Shown: positions 25,395 to 38,970, counted from the first letter of the stretch. The stretch: 64,000 nt of DNA from Felis catus (GCF_018350175.1 NC_058377.1:10106001-10170000); one strand, 5' to 3'. Numbers and translations are program-made. The notes: generated from the sequence alone by a model not told the origin.

Positions 25395-27097
25395 CTTAAA
25401 CAGCTTTATTTGGATATAATGCACATATAATACCATTCACCCATATAAAGTTTATAATTCAGTGGCTTTTAGTATATTCAGAATTCTGTGACCATCACCA
25501 CAATAAATTTTGGAGCCTTCTTATCACCCCAAAATGAAACCATTCTCTCCTTAGCCATAGCCCCCACCCCACCCCTCTCATCCTCCCCAACCCTAGACAA
25601 CTTCTTACCTACTTTCCATCTTAGATTTGCCTGTTTTGGATATTTTCTATAGGGATAGGGACTTCATGGAATCGATAAATCAACTTAGGGAGTATTGCCT
25701 TCTTAACAGTGTCCCCACTCCGTGAACAGGGGGTGTCTTTGCATTTATTTAGGTCTTTCATTTCTTTCAATCATGTTTATAATTTTTTGAGTGTAAGTTT
25801 TTGTACTTCTTTTGTTAAATTTGTTCCTATGTATTTTGTTCTTTTTAATACTATTATAAATTTCGTGTTCACTGCTGTTGTATAGAAATACCATTGATTT
25901 TTGTATATTGATCTTGTATCTCACAACCTTATTTTTTATTTAGTGTGTTCCTTAGGATTTTCTATATACAAAATCATGTCATCTGCAAACATAGTTGTAC
26001 TTTTTCCTTTCCAATTTGGATACCTTTTCTTGGGCAACTTCTCTGGCTGGCTTCTCTGGCTAGCAAAATGTTGACTGGAAGTGGTAAAGTGGACGTCTTT
26101 GTTTTGTTCTTGATCTTAAGGGGATGTAAGTCTTTTACCACTAAAGTATGATGATGATGACTATGAGCTTTTGTAGATCTGTTTTATCATCAGGTTGGGG
26201 AACTTCCTTTCTATTCCTAGTTTTTATGAAGTGGTGGTTGAATTTTGTCTGCTTTTTCTGTGTCTGTTGAGATGGTTGTATGATTTTTATCCTATATTCC
26301 ATNNNNNNNNNNNNNNNNNNNNNNNNNNNNNNNNNNNNNNNNNNNNNNNNNNNNNNNNNNNNNNNNNNNNNNNNNNNNNNNNNNNNNNNNNNNNNNNNNN
26401 NNNNNNNNNNNNNNNNNNNNNNNNNNNNNNNNNNNNNNNNNTTGTCTATATTCATAAATTATACTTGTCTGTAGTTTTGTTTTTTCTGGGTTGTTTTGTT
26501 TTTTTATTATATCTTGGTGTGGTTTTGGTATTGGATTAATATTGACCTCTAGAATGAGTGGGGAAGTGTTCCCTATTTTGGAAGAGTTTGTGAAGAATTG
26601 ATACTAATTCTTCTTGAAATGTCTGACAGAATTCACCAGTTGGGGAAGCCGTCTGGATCTAGGCTGTCTTACGTGGGTAGTTTCTAAATTATCATTCAGT
26701 CTCTTTATTGTTAGCTCTAGATCTATTCAGAGGTTCTATTTCTTTTTGATTCAGTTTTGGTAGTTTTTGTCTTTCTAGGAATTTTTCTCACAGTTAGCTA
26801 ATTGTGGCATATAGGTGTTCATAGTATTTCCAGTAATCTTTTTTATTCCTGTAGGGCATATAGTAATGTCCTCTACTTCATTTCTGATTTTGGGAATTTG
26901 AGTCTTCTTTTTCTCTTTGTCAGTCTGGCTAAACGTTTATCATTTTGTTGATCTTTTCAAAGAACCAACTTTTGATTTTGTTGAGATAAGTGAAAAAGGC
27001 GGCCTTTTTAATATACCATAACTTATGGGACACAGCTAAAGGAGTGCTTAGTGGGAAACTTATGGCTGAAAAGACCTACGTTAAAAAAGTTGAAACA
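25395..27097 (-). mobile_element. old LINE-1 (L1M-type), internally deleted, with an inverted 5' piece
   Basis: L1 3' end ~25395-25650 (-), ORF2 pieces ~25660-26985 (-), ORF2 piece YHNLWDTAKGVLSGK on + at ~27010-27097. Confidence 0.8.
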
Positions 27098-27203
27098 ACC
27101 AAATTTAGTTTCATTTCATCCTTTATACCTCAGGACATTTGTGTTTGCCCCTCTCACATCCCCTGCCAGGTGATATAGTTTCAGTGTTCAGGAAGAGAAT
27201 TGA

Positions 27204-27350
<147 letters not shown>

Positions 27351-27708
27351 TAAGTAAGATACTTCTGGGGAAGGTGTATATCCATCAGCAGTTTTCTTGT
27401 GGTTTCTCATGTAGAACTAGGAGTATAGGGGGTGCGGAGAAATGGAATACAGGAGGGAGATGACTTCCATAGGCAAAACAGATTAAAAGCAATGTAAAAC
27501 TGTTGACGAGGTAATGTTCAGTTAGGAAGGACTACAAATTCTTGTAGTGTAGGAAAGGAAGGTAAATTTACAGATATGAATAATTAAAGTTGATAACAAA
27601 CTTTAGAAAGCAAGGTTGAAATGGTTTTTATTTACCAGTTAATTCTGCTGAACTTTAATGAAGGCAAATTGAAAACAGTACCAAGAAACATATTTGTTAA
27701 TATTATGT

Positions 27709-27923
27709 GGGGCTCCTGGGTGGCTCATTTGGTTAAGCATCTGACTTTGGCTCAGGTCATGATCTCACGGTTCGTGGGTTTCAGCTCTGCATCTCAGGAA
27801 ACTAATATTGTTTCCTGAAGTGCAGAGCCTACTTCATATCCTCTGTCTCCCTGTCTCTGCCCCTCCCCTGCTTATGTGCTCTCTCTCTTAATCTCTCAAA
27901 AATAAATAAACATTTAAAAAAAA
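27709..27923 (+). mobile_element. CAN-SINE with a palindromic insert
   Basis: SINE head and tail; non-SINE 25-mer at 27794-27818. Confidence 0.9.
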
Positions 27924-28210
27924 GTATATGGTAGCATGTGGCTGGCATGGTGCTGTCTTTCACATGTTGTCTCATTTTAATCCTTATGGCCACCTTATGA
28001 ATTAGGGACTTTCACTTCCATTTTACAGATGAAGAAACTGAAGCTCAATGAGTTAAATAACTTTCCTTGGATTAATTTGTTAGGAAGTAGCAAAACTGTG
28101 ACTGGAACCAGGATTCTGACTCCTGTGCCTAGGCTTGTACTATGTAGATTCTTTTATGTTATTATTTAATTTTTATTAAAATAAGAGTGTATACATTAGA
28201 ATATTGCTCC

Positions 28211-28399
28211 CTGAGTGGCTCAGTTGGTTAAGCATCTGACTTTGGCTCCGGTCATGATCTCACAGTTTGTGAGTTTGAGCCCCATGCCAGGCTCTGTGCT
28301 GACAGCTCAGAACTCTCCCTCTTTCTCTACCGCTCCCCCACTTGTACTCTGTGTGTCTCTCTCTCTCTCTCAAAATAAAACATTAAAAAATTTTTTTCT
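28211..28399 (+). mobile_element. CAN-SINE, slightly 5'-truncated
   Basis: TSD TTAGAATATTGCTCC at 28196 and 28400. Confidence 0.92.
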
Positions 28400-28442
28400 T
28401 TAGAATATTGCTCCTTGGCTTACAGTGACCTACTCAACTTTT

Positions 28443-28752
28443 TTTTTTTTTTTTTAAATCCAAGTTAGTTAACATAATGAAAGAATGGTTTCAGGAGTAG
28501 AATTTAGTGATTCATCACTTACATATAACACCCAGTGCTCAAGCTTTGTATGGTAAAAAAAAATTTTTTTAATTTTTATTTATTTTTGAGAGAGAGTGAG
28601 TAGGGGAGGGGCAGAGAGAGGGAGACAGAGGATCCAAAGCAGGCTCTGTGCTGAGACCAGAGAGCCTCATGTGGGGCTCAGACTCACAAGTTGCGAGATC
28701 ATGACCTGAGTTGAAGTTAGATGCTGAACCGACTGAGCCACCTGGGCACCCC
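28443..28752 (-). mobile_element. CAN-SINE + L1 3'-end composite insertion
   Basis: L1 3' tip 28456-28540 and SINE 28564-28752 lie inside one TSD, ACCTACTCAACTTTT (28428, 28754). Confidence 0.85.
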
Positions 28753-29286
28753 AACCTACTCAACTTTTAATCTGAGGTCTACTCCCAAGAGGCAAATACA
28801 ACTTTTAAACTGTTTTTTTTCCCCCCTAGTATTTACTTTTGTATTTCTAAAAAACATTTTTCATTTGCCTTTTATGGGTTTTTCATTTTCTTTATCAACT
28901 TATTGGTATTAAGGAAGGCTAAGATTTAGCTTTGTTGTACTTTCCGTATACACACACACACACACACATACCATTATCCTATCAAATTGATTACAGCACA
29001 AATATTGGATAAATCAGTATTCAGTATTAATATTTTTATGCCCGTAAAAATATTATTTATGACTAAGAGATGTAATATGCTGTGAATAGTGACCAGGCTG
29101 ATCTTAATGGTTCCCTAAGAAGGAGCTAGTTTTCTATGTACTCACCATCAGTTCTTTCTGAAAGTTCCCAGGAGAACTCTAAGCCATTTTTCAGTCCTCT
29201 CAGATGTCACAGTAACCTACTCATGCTTTTTCCTTGGCCATCCCCCTCTGGGAGGACATCTGAGGGTCTTACTATGCCTTATAGAC

Positions 29287-29720
29287 TATATTAGTTTCCT
29301 AGGGCTTCTGTTACAAATGACTACAAAATTGGTGGCTTAAAAGAAAAATTTATTCTCTCATAGTTCTGAAGGCCAAAAGTCTAAAAGTAAGGTGTTAGCA
29401 AGGCTGCACTCCCTCCATAGGCTCTAGGGGAGAATCTTCCCTTNNNNNNNNNNNNNNNNNNNNNNNNNNNNNNNNNNNNNNNNNNNNNNNNNNNNNNNNN
29501 NNNNNNNNNNNNNNNNNNNNNNNNNNNNNNNNNNNNNNNNNNNNNNNNNNNNNNNNNNNNNNNNNNNNNNNNNNNNNNNNNNNNNNNNNNNNNNNNNNNN
29601 NNNNNNNNNNNNNNNNNNNNNNNNNNNNNNNNNNNNNNNNNNNNAGATCTTTTTTACTAAATAAGATCACATTGATAGATTCTGGGATTAAGACAAAGAT
29701 GTATCTTCTAGAGAGCTGTT
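29287..29720 (-). mobile_element. MLT1 (MaLR) LTR, gapped
   Basis: tattagtttcctagggct..acaaat.actacaaa.ttggtggcttaaaa..aaatttattctctcatagttctg. Confidence 0.75.
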
Positions 29721-30613
29721 ATGAACATATGTGTATAATTCGTTGTGTTGACCTACATTTTTATTTTTCCTGGGTTCATTCCTTGGAGTAGAATTGCTGG
29801 GTCATAGGGTAAATTAATGTTTCACATTTTAAGAGTATTTGAAGAAAACACTTCTTTGAAGAACAGATCAAGGCTACAGGGCAAGTTCTATGAATTGTTC
29901 ATTGATTCCTACCAAATGCCCTTCATCTGTTTGTTTATATAGCCATTCAACAGATATTTATTGAACATGTACTGTTGGCTATATTCATCAGTGAACAAGG
30001 TGAGAAACACCATGCTTACTCGCTTAGGAGGACAGGGTAGTTAAGAAAGGAGTGTTCGTTATGTCATTCCTTGGCTAGAGCCCAGTTGTGATAGTCACAC
30101 ACTATCATTAGAGCACATCCTTATGTTTACAAGTGACAATCCCACTGCCCTGCCCAGCGTGGGCACTTTGAGGGCTCAGCTTGGGCACTTTGAGGGATTT
30201 GGTACCATACCATAATATTCTAAAGCTTGTGCCTAGAAATAGCTGGAGTTCTTCCTGTGAAGTTTTAACTTTTTCTCAATTGCAGAATACATCAGCACGG
30301 GCCCTTACACAGACCCCAAGGAGGCTGTGGATACAATTTGGGAGTTTGGGAACTTGGCTGAGGGGGAAAAAGTCATTCCTTTCCACTAACCTCTAACTGA
30401 AATTTGGCATTTCCTCTTACCGTAAATGTAGAGAACAAATCAAAGAGGTATTAACAGTACTTGTGCTGGTGACCAGTAAAAATCACCTATTTTCATATCA
30501 CAGCTTTGTTTCAGGAGTCTTAAAAGTGGTTTTTGCTTATCACTACTTCAAAATTGTAGCAATTATTAGACCTCTTGCCTGATCTTATTAATACAGAAGC
30601 ACATGTGTCACAA

Positions 30614-30837
30614 TTTTTAAAAAATGTTTTAATGTTTATTTATTTTTTGAGAGACAGAGACAGAACTCAAGTGGGAGAGGGGCAGAGAGGGAGGGAGACA
30701 GAATCTGAAGTAGGCTCCAGGCTCTGCACTGACAGGCTGACAGCAGTGAGCCTGAGCTGGGGCTCAAACCCCTAAACCATGATATCATGACCTGAGCCGA
30801 AGTCGGAAGCTTAACCGACTGAGCCACCCAGGCACCC
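30614..30837 (-). mobile_element. CAN-SINE
   Basis: Reversed SINE head and tail. Confidence 0.9.
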
Positions 30838-31372
30838 GCAGTTTTGTTTTTTGAATAGTTTGGTAATTGAATTTCAGTATAGTTGGGGCTTTTTGTTTGG
30901 TTGTGTTTTTTTGTTATTTGTAATTTGAGTATTTTATTTTCTGTGTTAAAAATACATACTCTGAGAAAGGACACAGATGCAAAGGTACCTGTGGCATAAT
31001 ACAGATTGGGAATCCTATTTTTCTGTCCTGAGACACCACCATCCTACATCCTGAGCTCTGATTCTCCCACGGTGCAGTACACTCCCTCCACTCTTCCTTC
31101 CATCTGCTCGAGCTCTGCCTGGAGGCTCAGCTCCAGCCAGTCCACTGCATCTCAAAATCCAGGGAGTTCTTTGAGTTCTTGTTTAATTCTCACTGAATGC
31201 CGGGCATTTTCCACCTGCCAGTCAAGGCAAGTGGGAGGCAGTTAGAGGTTATGTGTAACCAACCCCATTTCTTGTCCATTTGCAAAAAGTCCAAGTTAGG
31301 GAAAGGGCATAGCAAAATGTCAACACCAGAAGAGATATCTCTCTGGCTGAACAGTAGGCCAGACTGAGATAA

Positions 31373-31648
<276 letters not shown>

Positions 31649-32132
31649 TGAATGTTAAGAATTACGTTATTTTTAAGGGCAGCATAATGCTTTTATTGCA
31701 TTTTCCACCTTTTGATTATGCCTTGTATTCTCATGGACACAAGGCCCTGAAAATAAAAGGTGAATAACCTATCAGAAGCTGAAAATAAGATATTTTCCAG
31801 CAATTTGCAAAAGGCACACAACTGACTTTTGTTCATATTGTAATGCTTGTATATTTTCATTAAAGTGTATTCTATTCAGGCCTTTTTCCCCACTTTCAGC
31901 TTTATTGTTGTAGTTAAATAGCAAATAAGAATTATATACATTTAGGTTGCACAACTTGATGTTGTGATATGTGTATTCATGCGCTTACCATTTTCCTTTC
32001 CTTTTTTTTTTTAATGGTAGTTCATAGGCCTTTCTTAAAGATGATCTTAAGGTCTTTTCATGTAACATTTTGTCTTTTTTTGTATGTTGAGAAGCAATTA
32101 ACATGATCTATTTTTAATCTCTTTTCTTCTAG

Positions 32133-32270
<138 letters not shown>

Positions 32271-32481
32271 TAAGTACCAAAATAAAGAGGGAGTTGTAAG
32301 CTCATTTTCATTCCATTATACCTGTTTTTGAGTCTCAGTTTTATAATTATTGGCATAGCCTGTTGGAGCTTCAGGTAGAGTCAGATACAAGTCTAGAATG
32401 AAGTTTCTCAGAGCAGCAATTCTTCTTTTACTAAATGCAGTTAATCCTATATGAGATGGGAAGGCTGAGTTATCACAGGTC

Positions 32482-32650
32482 AGGGATCAGCGTACGTTTT
32501 TGTGGAGCCGGGTTGTAAATCTTTTAGGTTTTCTGAGTCATATGGTCTCTGTTGCAAATACTCTGACATGGTAGTGTGAAAGCAGACAGAAGCACTACGT
32601 AAATGCATTTGGCGGGATTTGGTCTGTGAGCTGTAGTTTGCCAACCCATG
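32482..32650 (+). mobile_element. MER58-like hAT DNA transposon
   Basis: ttttaggtttt..atggtctctgttgcaaatactc..gatttgg..ctgtagtttgccaaccc. Confidence 0.7.
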
Positions 32651-32792
32651 CTCCAGATGGCTGTTTGGTCTGTCAAGCTGGAGGTTGAGCTAGAGGTGTA
32701 TAGTACATAACGAGTAAGTGGAAAATAATAGTATCTGGTTGGAATTACAGGGTAGGAGTTGGCATTTGGGCTGGTTACTGGCTAAAAATTAG

Positions 32793-32966
<174 letters not shown>

Positions 32967-35373
32967 TTAACCCAAGAATTTCTAGACTCTCCCAGGTCAC
33001 ATTGGTTCATTCTTATCAAGATACAAATATGTTATTATGCAAGTGGTTCTTTTTATTTTGAGTTAACCAGTTATTTTTGATTCTGTCCAGATAAGTTATT
33101 TGTAATGGGCATTACTGAATTTTTTAAAATGCCAATTACACCTACATATTGTACACATTTAATAAACACCAGATTTTGAGCTGTGTATTCGTAGTCAAGA
33201 GAACATGTGGCCTAGCCCTTTGGTGAGAAGTACTTCCATTGGGAAATGCAGAGGTAGAATTGTGGTTCCCTACTGAAACAGATACATAAAAGTAATCTGG
33301 ATGAAACCTTGAGGTTTTGAAATTTAATTGCCTCATGTTTTGCTTCATTTGAGGGAAAGAGAAGTCAAGGAAAGAGAGAAGTCCTTTCTCTTAGGGAAAG
33401 GGTTTGAATTAAAGATTGATTTTGGAATTTAACCCTGTTACATGATCTTGGTTTATCGTGGATGGGAAGGGTAGAGAACTTTAAGGAAAATAAGTGACAT
33501 TTTAAAAGTTAACATTTTCTTACACTTCTGCAACTGAGTGTTCTTTGTTTATTTTTCTATGAATTCCAAAATGGTTGTTTTCACCTCTTAAGATGGAAGA
33601 TATAAATATAAACCAGCTACTTGGTATAAATGAGAATTTGTGTGGGTATTTATTTAAACAACTTACATGTGTAATTCTGAGAGCAGAATTTACAATTAAC
33701 TCCAAATAAAAGAATATGCTTATAGAATTTAACAGAGAGAAGTTGTGAAAGTAGAATTCTTCCTCCATGATTAACTGGTGGTTACTGACAAATGAACTTA
33801 ATTGCCAGAATCTGTTACTCAAATAATATTGGAAAATTATATCAAGTAACTATGGAATAGTGTACATATGTAAAATATGGTTTCTAGTGAGATGTGTGCC
33901 AAAGTCCATTTATCACCAAGACCTGTCTGAAAAGAAGAGGGAAGAGATATACTGGTAAGCAGTTGGGAGTGCTGAAAGGTTAGAAGCCAAGTGGTCACTT
34001 CTACTTGGATAAAGTAAGAAATGTTCAGTGTGTACAAAAAAAAGTGTTCTGTGTTTTTCCACCCAGTGTTGTCTCGTGTACAATATGAAAGTCCTAAAAT
34101 CCTATTGGAGAGAAAAAAAAAATTGTTTAGGTTGCTTGCTACCCGATCAGCCTAAACATTTTTTTTTTCCATTTTGTTATGATTTGCCTTTCTTCTTGTG
34201 GGGGGGAAGAGTAGGAGGTGATATTCAGGATAATAAAAATGAACTGGGAACATTATCACAATTCCAGACTTTCTATTGAATTGATGTGTTTTAATAAATA
34301 TTTAGAATTGTTTATGATAATTTAAAATCAATCTGATCAGTGTTTTCTTGTGTATATGTGGAACAATCCCCGAAATTTAGGTCTTTCGGTGTTGAATTTA
34401 TTTCTAAATGTTCTTTGTTACATGGTGCACAAGTAACACTGCATATATTCCAGAAATATTTCCCTTGCTGTATTATTATGAAAACAATTCATTAATCTGA
34501 TTTTTCAGTAATTAGTAATGTTAGCTTGAATTGAAGATTATGCAGAAGGAACAAGTTTATCACAAGGGACCATCAGTATGAGGCACATCTGGTTCAAATA
34601 CATGAAACTTCAAAGATAATTCATTCTTGGCAAATGCTTATGGCTCTATTGTTCCCTTGAAAGAAAAATAAAAGGTTGTCTTCTCATAAGAATTACTGAG
34701 TTAAAAATTAATCTGAGCTATAACCTAAATCTGGACTCAGTCTATTTCTCTTACCAGAATTGAAAGAAAAAAAGTTAAAAGTTTTGGTTGAAATTATTTA
34801 AAAATTAAACTATATGTTTTCAATGCGTCTTGTCTAATTTTTGATCTGTTGGTAATTATTTTTCACATTAAATGATTAAGGCCAGGGATAGCTATGTATG
34901 TGTACACTCTTAATAGCAACGCATTTTAAGCATACAGTATTGGTAAAATAAAGGACTGAGTTTAGCAGAATATAATCTAACACTTCAAGCTCAAGGAGTT
35001 CTAAAGCACCTCGTGGTGGGGTGCAGCACATAGCAAGGTGAAAGCATAGTCTGGCCCTGTTAGATAGTTGACACCGATCCTGAGGTTTGTGATTGAAGTT
35101 ACAGGAACCCCAGGCCTGGTCTGAAAAAAAAGTTACCCAGCTGGAGAGATGATATGGAAAGGTAAGGTGGGAAGCATTCCAACTTTTTTTGAAGGATGGA
35201 AGTATAATAGGTGTGTTAACTTTAGGACATCATATTATACAGCTCTAGAAAATTTTCAGACAGTAAATTATCCTATTGCTGGGAGAATTCAAATCCAACC
35301 AGGTTTAGGAGAATTATATTTGTTTTTAAATATCACGGTATCAACTGTTAATATTACATATACTATATTCGTG

Positions 35374-35563
35374 TTTTTATTAAATTTATTTTTGAGAGCG
35401 AGCAGGGGAGGGGAAGAAACAGAGGGGACGGAGAGAGACTTCTAAGCAGGCTCTGCACTGTCAGCACAGAGCCCCATATGGGGCTTGAACACACAAACTG
35501 AGCTTATGAACTGAGCCAAAACCAAGAGATGGACACTTAACCTACTGAGCCACCCAGGTGCCC
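35374..35563 (-). mobile_element. CAN-SINE
   Basis: Reversed SINE. Confidence 0.88.
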
Positions 35564-35599
35564 TGACACTTTATTAGTGTGTAAAGTTAAAAAGCTTTA

Positions 35600-35710
35600 G
35601 AGGCGCCTGGCTGGTTCAGTCAGAAGAGCATGTGACTCTTGTTCTTGTGAGTTCAAGCCCCACGTTGGGTGTAGAGATTACTAAGAAAAATACTTATAAA
35701 TAAATAAATA
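35600..35710 (+). mobile_element. short CAN-SINE
   Basis: CT-less SINE; TSD AAAAAGCTTTA. Confidence 0.85.
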
Positions 35711-35925
35711 AAAAGCTTTAAAATTAACCAGGACTTTAAAGACCTTATGTTGAACTAGAAACTTACAAGGAAGATGTATTTATACAAGATGATCAAGGAT
35801 GTTTAAAGTTTGATGTGAACATTGTTGGGCTATAAATTGGAAAGTTGGTATCTTTGTGTTGAACAACCATCTGACAACTTAGATGCATGGAAGTTGAGAA
35901 ACACATCACTTCTGCCTTAAAATCA

Positions 35926-36085
35926 TTTTTTATGTTTATTTATTTGGGGACAAAGGGGCAGAGAGAGGGAGAAAGAGAATCCCAAGCAGGCTCTGCATTA
36001 TCAGTGCAGATCTCCTGAACCGTGAGATCATGACCTGAGCCAAAATCCAGTCGGATGCTTAACCGGCTGAGCCACCTAGGTGCCG
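35926..36085 (-). mobile_element. CAN-SINE
   Basis: Reversed SINE with an internal deletion. Confidence 0.85.
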
Positions 36086-36767
36086 CTTAAAATTATCTTC
36101 TTAGGAGAAAGGCACATGTCCCGAAGTCAGCTCCTTTTTCTTAAGGTTAGATTATTTTGCGTCTTAGGTGCAGTAACACCCAGCTACTGTTACTGCATCA
36201 CTGTATCCAAGACAAGTCCTTTTGATGTTAAAAGGTCTGAGTAGCTTGCACTCCTACCATCAGGGCTATTTTATAGAAGTACAGAGGTTCACAGAAGCAT
36301 AGGTTTGCATATTTTTACATTGGCCCTGTATCTTTATAGCTGGAGGAACTGCTTCAGTTCTTGGTAATAAAAATTTTACATAGTCTGGGATTTCTTCCTG
36401 ATGCAAACATTTACTAGAGACCAGAAAAACAAGGAGACCAGAATTTCAACCAGTAAACCAGGAATTCTCACAATTTACTTGGAAACAGGATTTTCCTAAA
36501 TGACAAGTTTGTTACTTTTAAGACCATTAGAAATAGCTTCAAAACAAGTATAGCAATACTGTTTTAATAGTTTCTGCTTCTAGCCAAGTGTGAGGGGAGT
36601 TAAAAAAAGTATAAACATGATGAGAAAATCTCATTTCATCCAAAAGAACTCTTAGGAAACATGAAACCAGTATTGAAGATAAACCACTACCTCTTCACCC
36701 ATAATGAAGGTCCTATCCTTCACATGCCTGTAGCACTGAAAACCCAAAAGGAGATGATGCTCTTGAC

Positions 36768-36902
36768 TTATACCAGTGGCATTATGATGATTAATGTAGC
36801 TTTCTCTTTGATAAATTTTGCTGTAGTCATTTCAGTATCCACAGATTCTGGAAGATTCAGATATAATCTGTACTTCTCAGGGACCTCAATCAATAAGTCA
36901 TC
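36768..36902 (-). CDS. PIH1D2: PIH1D2 last coding exon
   Basis: DDLLIEVPEKYRLYLNLPESVDTEMTTAKFIKEKATLIIIMPLV-TAA; ATTAAA on - at 36563-36568. Confidence 0.93.
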   Translation of the reverse strand, partial: DDLLIEVPEKYRLYLNLPESVDTEMTTAKFIKEKATLIIIMPLV

Positions 36903-37433
36903 CTAAGAATAACAAAGATGAAAATAGAAAGGATTTCTTGGTTAAAATATGTGTTACTGGGGATTATTCCCAGTTATTCATACCTTTCCCATAAAATGAG
37001 GATCCCATTTACTGCCATGTGACTTGGCAATAAACTGTAAAGTTGCTGTTGTAGCTCCCTGAGGTTTTGGGATTATTTGTTATTGCTCCTCAATACATCA
37101 AAAGTTCACTGCTATGGTGCCATAAAACAGCTGTTGCTGTCCCCAGATTATGTGGCATTGACTTTGTGACTGACCAGGAAACAGCAAGGAAAATTTATCA
37201 GCGATAGGAAAAACGGTGATCCAGGTTTGATAAAGGCCTTAGTAAAACTATCACAATAATTTGAAAGACAAGTAACGTGTACCTGGTTTGTGTCCTTAGG
37301 TAAAGAAGTGTGAAAATAGAATGTTGGTAGCATGCATTAGTCTTACTGCCTACATTTAATAAGCTACTACAAAAAGAGATGAGCTGAGAAAAGAATTTCC
37401 CAGTTTGTAAGTAGGATTAAAAGAGAATATACA

Positions 37434-37650
37434 GGGGCACCTGGGTGGCTCAGTCGGTTAAGCCTCCGACTTCAGCTCAGGTCACGATCTCACGGTCCGT
37501 GAGTTCGAGCCCCGAGTCGGGCTCTGGGCTGATGGCTCAGAGCCTGGAGCCTGCTTCTGATTCTGTGTCTCCCTCTCTCTCTGCCCCTCCCCCGTTCATG
37601 CTCTGTCTCTCTCTGTCTCAAAAATAAATAAACGTTAAAAAAAAAAAAAA
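37434..37650 (+). mobile_element. young felid CAN-SINE
   Basis: Near-consensus; TSD AGAGAATATACA. Confidence 0.95.
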
Positions 37651-37744
37651 GAGAGAGAATATACAGAGCCCAGGAATTCTACAACGTCAGGACTGAGAAA
37701 TAGGACTAAGTTTTATTTTCAACCAATTATTTCTCTTGTTAGAG

Positions 37745-38096
37745 GATTATACATCCTTGCCATTTGAATTCCTGTGAGAATATTCTTACTAGCCCTATTG
37801 ATGTAGGATTTGGCCTTGTGACCTGAGTTTGGCCAACAGAATGTGGAGTAAAAGTGATATATTCTATGTCTGAGAGAAAGTTTTAGGAGCCATTGCATGA
37901 GTTACCCATTTGTATTTTCCCTCTTCCATGAGAATGGCATGTCTCAGATGGGACCTACCCCTTCACCTGTATCTTGAAATGTGCAAGACCCTGGAGCAGA
38001 GGCCTAGGTGACATGTAAGCTGAGTAAACTGCTGTAAACCACTGAGATTGTGCAGTTTGTTACTAGAGTGTATTATAGTAAATGTTGACTGACACA
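37745..38096 (+). mobile_element. MLT1 (MaLR) LTR
   Basis: ttggccttgtgac..tttggccaacagaatgtg..tgtaaaccactgagatt..tttgttact..tgactgacaca. Confidence 0.7.
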
Positions 38097-38124
38097 AATT
38101 TATAGTATTACTTACTTGACTTAC

Positions 38125-38384
38125 CTCAGAAACACTAAGGTCACAGAGAGATGCGGAATTAATACCAGGTAATTCAACTTTTATTTCAATTTTCAGAGGT
38201 TTCTCATTCTGATCAGCCACAATTTTTAATTCATAGGCTGGTTCCTTCATCTCTACCTGGCTCTCTGTACTGGAAATCTCCTCTATCAGACACCTTGTTT
38301 TGCTTGAAACTTCATCTTTTGGCAATAAAAGTTGGAAGTCGTCTGGGTTGCTCACAGTACTACTTATCTGTTCAAGGGTTAGTT
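38125..38384 (-). CDS. PIH1D2: PIH1D2 coding exon 4
   Basis: (E)LTLEQISSTVSNPDDFQLLLPK...ELPGINSASLCDLSVSE; aag / gtaagt. Confidence 0.92.
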
Positions 38385-38724
38385 CTTCAGGAAAATAAAA
38401 GGCGGGGGGGGGGGGAGATGAAATTTAAAAAAATTAATCAACAACATAAAATACTATGAGCTTTAGTGTGTGTGGTGTTAGCCAAAATGACAGATAAAGC
38501 TGAAGCTAAATTAGTTTGGGAATCTTAAACCAAAGAACTTAGTTAAAAAGTTTGCAGTACTGAAAAATCTTTAAGGACATGCTAATATTTCTAATGCCCA
38601 ATCTTTCTATTTTTCTATCTTAAGTTTCTCTTTTAAAATCAAGATTTCTAGTTTGCAAAATGTACACAGGATGCAAAAACAATTTTAAGTCAGTTAAATT
38701 TTCCACTTACATTTCTTAACTTAC

Positions 38725-38970
38725 CCTTTTTCATTTTCTCTCTTAAATCTGTGGGGTCAGTTTGCATTCTCAACAGATTTTGTTTCATCCTTTGAATGCT
38801 TCCTTTTATTCTAAAGTTAGTAATGCTGTAAGAGTGTGAGAGAGTGAATTGGAGTTTTTCCTCAATGCATTTCATGGCCATCTGTATTAATTGATCTTTT
38901 TTCACTTGGTCCTTTTCTGCTGCCTGGAGAACATCAGGATTGTAGGCCACATCGATGACTGTATAAACAT
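38725..38970 (-). CDS. PIH1D2: PIH1D2 coding exon 3
   Basis: (D)VYTVIDVAYNPDVLQAAEKDQ...DLREKMKK; cag / gtaagt. Confidence 0.93.
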
